Positions 60,007 to 64,000 of a DNA stretch of 64,000 nt are shown here, piece by piece. How positions within the stretch are numbered: the stretch's first letter is position 1; every line of letters begins with the position of its first letter. A model generated the notes under the pieces. That model had not been told where the DNA came from, ran no database searches, and saw only the letters and a list, made by a program, of their open reading frames with translations. The stretch lies in the IMG/VR virus record IMGVR_UViG_3300032224_001676, positions 63,787 through 127,786 of that record; one strand, 5' to 3'. Made by a program: the position numbers and the translations under genes. Origin of the DNA: a virus.

Positions 60007-60707
60007 TTGGTTTCATTCATTAAAAAATCAAATACTTGATCTATATCTTCTTTAGCAGCAGTCATATGATCATCTGCCCAGTCATGTCCGTTTTGGAGTA
60101 TAGAGTCTATTACCATAGGGTCCATCTCCATTAATATTTCAATTTGGCGTTTCATTTGTTTTAAATTACTAAAAAACATATAATTCTCAACTTCTCCGTT
60201 TCCTCCTTCTCCTAAAGATTCTTTATTATATTTTTTGTTTTTAGTTGCTTTAACAGCATCTTTTTTACTCTTGCCAGATGCTACCATACGAGATATCATA
60301 ACGTCCGCAAAGTCATTATCTCCGTCACCATCTTGGTCTTTTTTAGATTTACTGTTATTTAAAACGTCTTTTATTATTTCTTTAAGTTTACTTTTATTCA
60401 TCTTATTAAGTTTATTTTTAGCCCTATCTACCGCACTATAGTACGCTACTTGGTCTGCTTTAGGCCCATAGTTCTTAAATAACTCTTTATGATTTTTACC
60501 AACCATACTTTGATAATAATAGTTGATTAAATCTGTTTCTTTGTCTGATAAATTAGATGGGGTAGTTTTATCATTTAAATACTCTTTGATTTCAGAAGAG
60601 TATAATGCTTTCATGTATTTTTTAGCTTTTTCAACAGATGAAGAGCATCCTTTTCTCTTCCCGGTTTCTTTATTATAAACACATTTTCCTTTTCTAATAT
60701 ACGGCAT
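60003..60707 (-). CDS. Modular protein with an EF-hand-like DxDxDGD motif
   Basis: DQDGDGDNDFAD; LKEIIK; GHDWADDH. Confidence 0.55.
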   Translation of the reverse strand: MPYIRKGKCVYNKETGKRKGCSSSVEKAKKYMKALYSSEIKEYLNDKTTPSNLSDKETDLINYYYQSMVGKNHKELFKNYGPKADQVAYYSAVDRAKNKLNKMNKSKLKEIIKDVLNNSKSKKDQDGDGDNDFADVMISRMVASGKSKKDAVKATKNKKYNKESLGEGGNGEVENYMFFSNLKQMKRQIEILMEMDPMVIDSILQNGHDWADDHMTAAKEDIDQVFDFLMNETK

Positions 60708-60728
60708 GACGTTTATTTTTATAAAGAT

Positions 60729-60750
60729 GGGGGGTATTTTACACCCCCCT
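60729..60750 (-). terminator. G/C hairpin, probable terminator
   Basis: Minus strand GGGGGTG-TAAAAT-ACCCCCC followed by ATCTTT; lies downstream of the Hc1-like gene. Confidence 0.5.
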
Positions 60751-60771
60751 TATCTTTTAGTTTAGGTATAC

Positions 60772-60942
60772 TTATTTAGTTTTACCTTCAGCAACTGATG
60801 CTTTATTATAAGCTGCAATTACTTTTTTTAGGTTACTAGCTGCTTTTCTAGCGCGACCTGCTGCTGCTTTTGTAGTTTCGTTATGGTTTTCCACTAGCTC
60901 ATTCCACAAAGTTTGCATTTGTTCAAATAACTCTTGTTTCAT
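60772..60942 (-). CDS. Histone-H1-like Hc1-family protein, 56 aa (not in the ORF track)
   Basis: MKQELFEQMQTLWNELVENHNETTKAAAGRARKAASNLKKVIAAYNKASVAEGKTK*; KAAxxRARKA...KAS pattern. Confidence 0.7.
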   Translation of the reverse strand: MKQELFEQMQTLWNELVENHNETTKAAAGRARKAASNLKKVIAAYNKASVAEGKTK

Positions 60943-60960
60943 ATATTTTATTTTTAGGGG

Positions 60961-61698
60961 TTATACTTCTTCAGTAGAGATTTGCTGTCTTGTGAAATAA
61001 GTAAGAGCGTTACCAATTTGTCTTACAAGTTTTTTATCTCCTAATTGTTTAGCTGAGTTTAACGCAGCTGTTAAATCTTTTTGTACTTCATCAGTTGATC
61101 CGCCTCCACTTGTAGAATCATCAGTTGTATCATCAGCTGTATCTTTAGTATCAGTGTCTTCAGCATCTAAAGTTATTTCTTCTTCTTCGTCCTCATCTTT
61201 TTTAGCTTCTTCTAAATCTATTCCGTCTTCAGTTAAAGCAGCCATAATTTCTTTACGAATAGCTTCTTTTAACTCAGTTTTAGACATTTTCTTATTTTTA
61301 GGTTTTTTAGACTCAGCGAAAGTATCTTCATCAGTATCAAATGGAAAATCTTCCATTTCACCATTATAGTTGTAAATATCGTCTGTATATGAATTAATAT
61401 TACTACTATCAAAACCAGTTATATATGAAAGTAAAGATTGCTTTATACTTTTTACCATATCTTCTGGTAGTTCGCCCAATGATAAGCCTAAGAATTGGGT
61501 AGCGTCTCCATCGTCTGTTAATGGTTCAATGAGCATTTCTTTAGTACCACGGTCTAATGAGTCCCATGTTTCTTCAAATTTAGCTTCATCACTACTAAAA
61601 TTCATTTCATTTATTTTACTAACATATTGCGACTCAGTAATTACTCCTGCAAGTTTTTGCATTTTAATAAACTGTTCATTGATTAATGTTTTGGCCAT
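60961..61698 (-). CDS. Acidic protein with KMQKLAG leader (candidate internal head protein)
   Basis: Start moved to ATG 61698 (MAKTLINEQFIKMQKLAGVITES), just after the late-type motif at 61714. Confidence 0.65.
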   Translation of the reverse strand: MAKTLINEQFIKMQKLAGVITESQYVSKINEMNFSSDEAKFEETWDSLDRGTKEMLIEPLTDDGDATQFLGLSLGELPEDMVKSIKQSLLSYITGFDSSNINSYTDDIYNYNGEMEDFPFDTDEDTFAESKKPKNKKMSKTELKEAIRKEIMAALTEDGIDLEEAKKDEDEEEEITLDAEDTDTKDTADDTTDDSTSGGGSTDEVQKDLTAALNSAKQLGDKKLVRQIGNALTYFTRQQISTEEV

Positions 61699-61723
61699 TG
61701 TGTATTGTTTTATTATAAATATA

Positions 61724-61873
61724 TTATTTTTTAGGAGTGTTATCATGTCCACATTTATGGCATATGAATAAGTCGTCTCCTCCGTCTTTTATTTTCCATG
61801 ACCACCCACATTTATCACAAATGATTTTAGAATTAGCAATCATTTCTTGTATTATATCTGTTAGTTTGATCAT
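61724..61873 (-). CDS. 49-aa zinc-ribbon protein (not in the ORF track)
   Basis: MIKLTDIIQEMIANSKIICDKCGWSWKIKDGGDDLFICHKCGHDNTPKK*; ATGA overlap with the upstream stop. Confidence 0.7.
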   Translation of the reverse strand: MIKLTDIIQEMIANSKIICDKCGWSWKIKDGGDDLFICHKCGHDNTPKK

Positions 61874-62166
61874 TTTTTATTTTTGATAGGAACACAATTT
61901 GGAACTTGTTTGCCATTTTTTTCTTTCATCCCTACTTGTTTATATCCTTTCCAACATGCTTTTTTCTCAGATAATACTTTTTCTACTATTTCTTTAAGAC
62001 TTGGCACACCATTTTGACGATGTAAATCGTTTTGCATTTCAATATATAATCTATGCAAAGCTTCTTCAGCTTGTTTGCCTTTAGCATTAACATATATAGA
62101 TGGTTTATAACCATCAGATTGAAGTAAAGTATTAATAGTCTCTATATAGAATTTATAGTCTGGCAT
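61870..62166 (-). CDS. Small protein with a CWKGY...VPNCV module
   Basis: LKEIVEKVLSE followed by KKACWKGYKQVGMKEKNGKQVPNCVP. Confidence 0.6.
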   Translation of the reverse strand: MPDYKFYIETINTLLQSDGYKPSIYVNAKGKQAEEALHRLYIEMQNDLHRQNGVPSLKEIVEKVLSEKKACWKGYKQVGMKEKNGKQVPNCVPIKNKK

Positions 62167-62534
62167 TATTTTAGGAATTGGAGTTTATATGCTGTTGATT
62201 CTACTAACTCTACTATAGTATCAATTTGGTTTTGGATGTATGAATCTTGGGATACTCCTTGGCGTAATTTTTCAATAGTATTATTTAATCCTTGAAAGTA
62301 TGCTATCACTTCTTCACAACTAGTATATTCTAGTAAGTTAAAGTTAGAATACCCAGTTATGATACCATTTCTACCTTGATATGATTCTACTAATCCATCT
62401 ATTAACTCAACTATTTCATCATAATATGTGTTTAAAGCCATATGTTCAGCAAATGATTTTGTTTGCCAATGAAATATATGAGTTTGGGTTCTTGAATGTA
62501 ATAAAAACGATATTAATTTTGGAAGTTCATTCAT
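62166..62534 (-). CDS. Ferritin/Dps-like four-helix protein
   Basis: HIFHWQT..FAEHMAL..YYDEI....DGLVESYQG. Confidence 0.65.
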   Translation of the reverse strand: MNELPKLISFLLHSRTQTHIFHWQTKSFAEHMALNTYYDEIVELIDGLVESYQGRNGIITGYSNFNLLEYTSCEEVIAYFQGLNNTIEKLRQGVSQDSYIQNQIDTIVELVESTAYKLQFLK

Positions 62535-62539
62535 AATAT

Positions 62540-62926
62540 TTAGTCTAATTTTGGATTTTTAGTTGTTTTATCCATATATCCCATATAATCTGTTTGAGAT
62601 ATATCTTTGATTTTCACTTTATCAAACCATATAGCTGAAGGATCGATAGTGACTTGAGTGTCTTTGTCCCAATTTTCTTTCCAGTCTATTAGGTCACGAT
62701 TTTTAATGATGCTTCGATATACTCCTTTAGTTTTTGTAGGTAGAGCTAAATCTTTAACATCATCAAAGGTTAATGATTCTATTGTTTTAGTAACTACTTC
62801 TTCAGTAAGAAAATTTTTAATTTCTTCTTTAACTACATTTTTAAGATGAGCAATTTCATCAGCTAACTCAATTTCTTTGTTATACTGGTCGTTTCTCCAT
62901 TTGGTTACATCAAATTTTCTATCCAT
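62540..62926 (-). CDS. Hypothetical protein
   Basis: 128 aa; LKNVVKEEIKNFLTE motif. Confidence 0.55.
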   Translation of the reverse strand: MDRKFDVTKWRNDQYNKEIELADEIAHLKNVVKEEIKNFLTEEVVTKTIESLTFDDVKDLALPTKTKGVYRSIIKNRDLIDWKENWDKDTQVTIDPSAIWFDKVKIKDISQTDYMGYMDKTTKNPKLD

Positions 62927-62950
62927 GTTGATTTTATGTATAAATATTTG

Positions 62951-63520
62951 TTACTTTTTCAAGCTCTCAAGATATTTAATTGTTTCTTCTTTGTTTTGTA
63001 CTAGTTTTTGTTTTGAAGAACCTACCCATCTTTCAACCTCCCCATCTTCTGTAATGTATGAGGTGTTAGTCTCATTCATTTCTTCGTCTATCCAGATTGT
63101 AAACTCATTTATTAATCCGTCTATATCTGAGTTTATGATATGTTTTTCATAATCGTCCCAAAGTCCTTTGATTCTTAGTTCAGTTTCAAAGTCAACTTGG
63201 CAATTAAAACATCTTCTATATTGCATATAGAAAGGTTTATCATATTTATTTTTCATCAACTTATTACAACATGAACAGAAAAGAGGCATATTTATAGCTT
63301 CTTTTGCTTTATCTAATTTAGTGATATTTTGCCTAACACCGTTTTTAATAGTCCATTGGCGACCATCTTCTTCCCATACATCACCTTCATCATAGAATTC
63401 ATATTGTTTAGTATAACCTACACCAACTGTTGTCTTATCACCGTATTTACCAGTCATAAGATTACGAAGACGTTGAACATCTTTTTGTTGGAACTGCTTT
63501 TTTAGAACATTATCAGACAT
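62951..63520 (-). CDS. Hypothetical protein with a CxxC...CxxC zinc site
   Basis: EGDVWEEDGRQWTIKNG; CSCC...CFNC. Confidence 0.6.
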   Translation of the reverse strand: MSDNVLKKQFQQKDVQRLRNLMTGKYGDKTTVGVGYTKQYEFYDEGDVWEEDGRQWTIKNGVRQNITKLDKAKEAINMPLFCSCCNKLMKNKYDKPFYMQYRRCFNCQVDFETELRIKGLWDDYEKHIINSDIDGLINEFTIWIDEEMNETNTSYITEDGEVERWVGSSKQKLVQNKEETIKYLESLKK

Positions 63521-63523
63521 AAT

Positions 63524-63937
63524 TTATTTTTTATCTTCTTTTTTCTTTTTGCCTTTCATTTGGGCTAATTTTTCAGCTGCTTCTTTTCTTCTAAGTTCTA
63601 ACTCTTTCTTTTGAGCTCTTACTTCTTCCATAGTACTTTCTAATTCTTGCAGTTGAGAACTATATTCTTGAGTAAGTTTTTTAGCTTCACGAGTAGCTTC
63701 AGCTTGAGATTCATACACACCATGTGTGTCTTCCATTAATACCTCATCGAATACATTAGCTTTACGAACTGAGCTTTCATGATTTTCAGGGGTAGGTTTT
63801 GTTACTACGTAAAAATCTTTGATATTATTGACGCCTTCAAATTTCATTGGCTCATCAATATTTTCTTGAGGCATAGATGCTAAATTATCTTCTTGTATAG
63901 CTTCTAAAATTAAATTTTTTAACTGAGAAAGTTTCAT
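63524..63937 (-). CDS. Coiled-coil protein with MKLSQLKNLILE leader
   Basis: 137 aa; late-type motif at about 63952. Confidence 0.6.
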   Translation of the reverse strand: MKLSQLKNLILEAIQEDNLASMPQENIDEPMKFEGVNNIKDFYVVTKPTPENHESSVRKANVFDEVLMEDTHGVYESQAEATREAKKLTQEYSSQLQELESTMEEVRAQKKELELRRKEAAEKLAQMKGKKKKEDKK

Positions 63938-64000
63938 ATGTGTTTATTTTTAATAAATATTAGTTATTTGTTCTTTAGCGAGTTTTCCCATTCTCTTAAA

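Noticed and set aside
482-63152. Many plus-strand ORFs in the ORF track (e.g. 482-862, 10179-10586, 26438-26779, 35401-35736)
   Set aside because: They are antisense shadows of well-supported minus-strand genes, have low-complexity translations and show no motifs.
1-64000. Stop-codon reassignment as in some large Bacteroidota phages
   Set aside because: Core genes (terminase, portal, capsid, sheath) are full length in the standard code, and coding density is high.
1-64000. tRNA or rRNA genes
   Set aside because: Intergenic gaps are short, and I saw no cloverleaf or T-loop signature in them; not confirmed with tRNAscan.
63964-64000. 3' end of an upstream gene (…LREWENSLKNK*)
   Set aside because: Too short a fragment to assign a product.

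Overview
This window is a 64-kb segment of a large, AT-rich T4-like myovirus genome. Essentially every credible gene is on the minus strand, and the standard genetic code fits. Read in the direction of transcription (right to left) it contains: (1) about 12 kb of modular hypothetical proteins that look like internal head proteins; (2) an early/middle-type block with an FAD oxidoreductase, a TibC/AAH-like glycosyltransferase, a VWA-metallopeptidase, a MoxR-like AAA+ ATPase and a NadR-like P-loop kinase; (3) the head module (terminase, portal, prohead protease, scaffold, major capsid); (4) an amidinotransferase-family gene, a phosphatidylserine-decarboxylase-like gene and phoH; (5) fibre and adhesin genes (SHAEG/YadA-like, glycine-rich, DUF285-type repeats); (6) neck, sheath, tube, chaperones, tape measure and baseplate genes; (7) replication genes (compact PolA-like, gp32-like SSB, RecA/UvsX). 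Promoter-like TTTG-N19/20-TAnnTTTA elements, the lack of Shine-Dalgarno sites and an Hc1-like gene suggest a Bacteroidota host. The most notable observations are: a (R/K)MQ(K/R)LAG motif shared by the scaffold tip and unrelated cargo proteins (possible capsid-targeting code); a possible arginine-to-polyamine pair beside the capsid gene; a tail-chaperone junction joinable only by +1/-2 recoding or a 52-nt hop; and repeated fused terminator-promoter elements. All family assignments come from motif recognition by eye; no database search was run.
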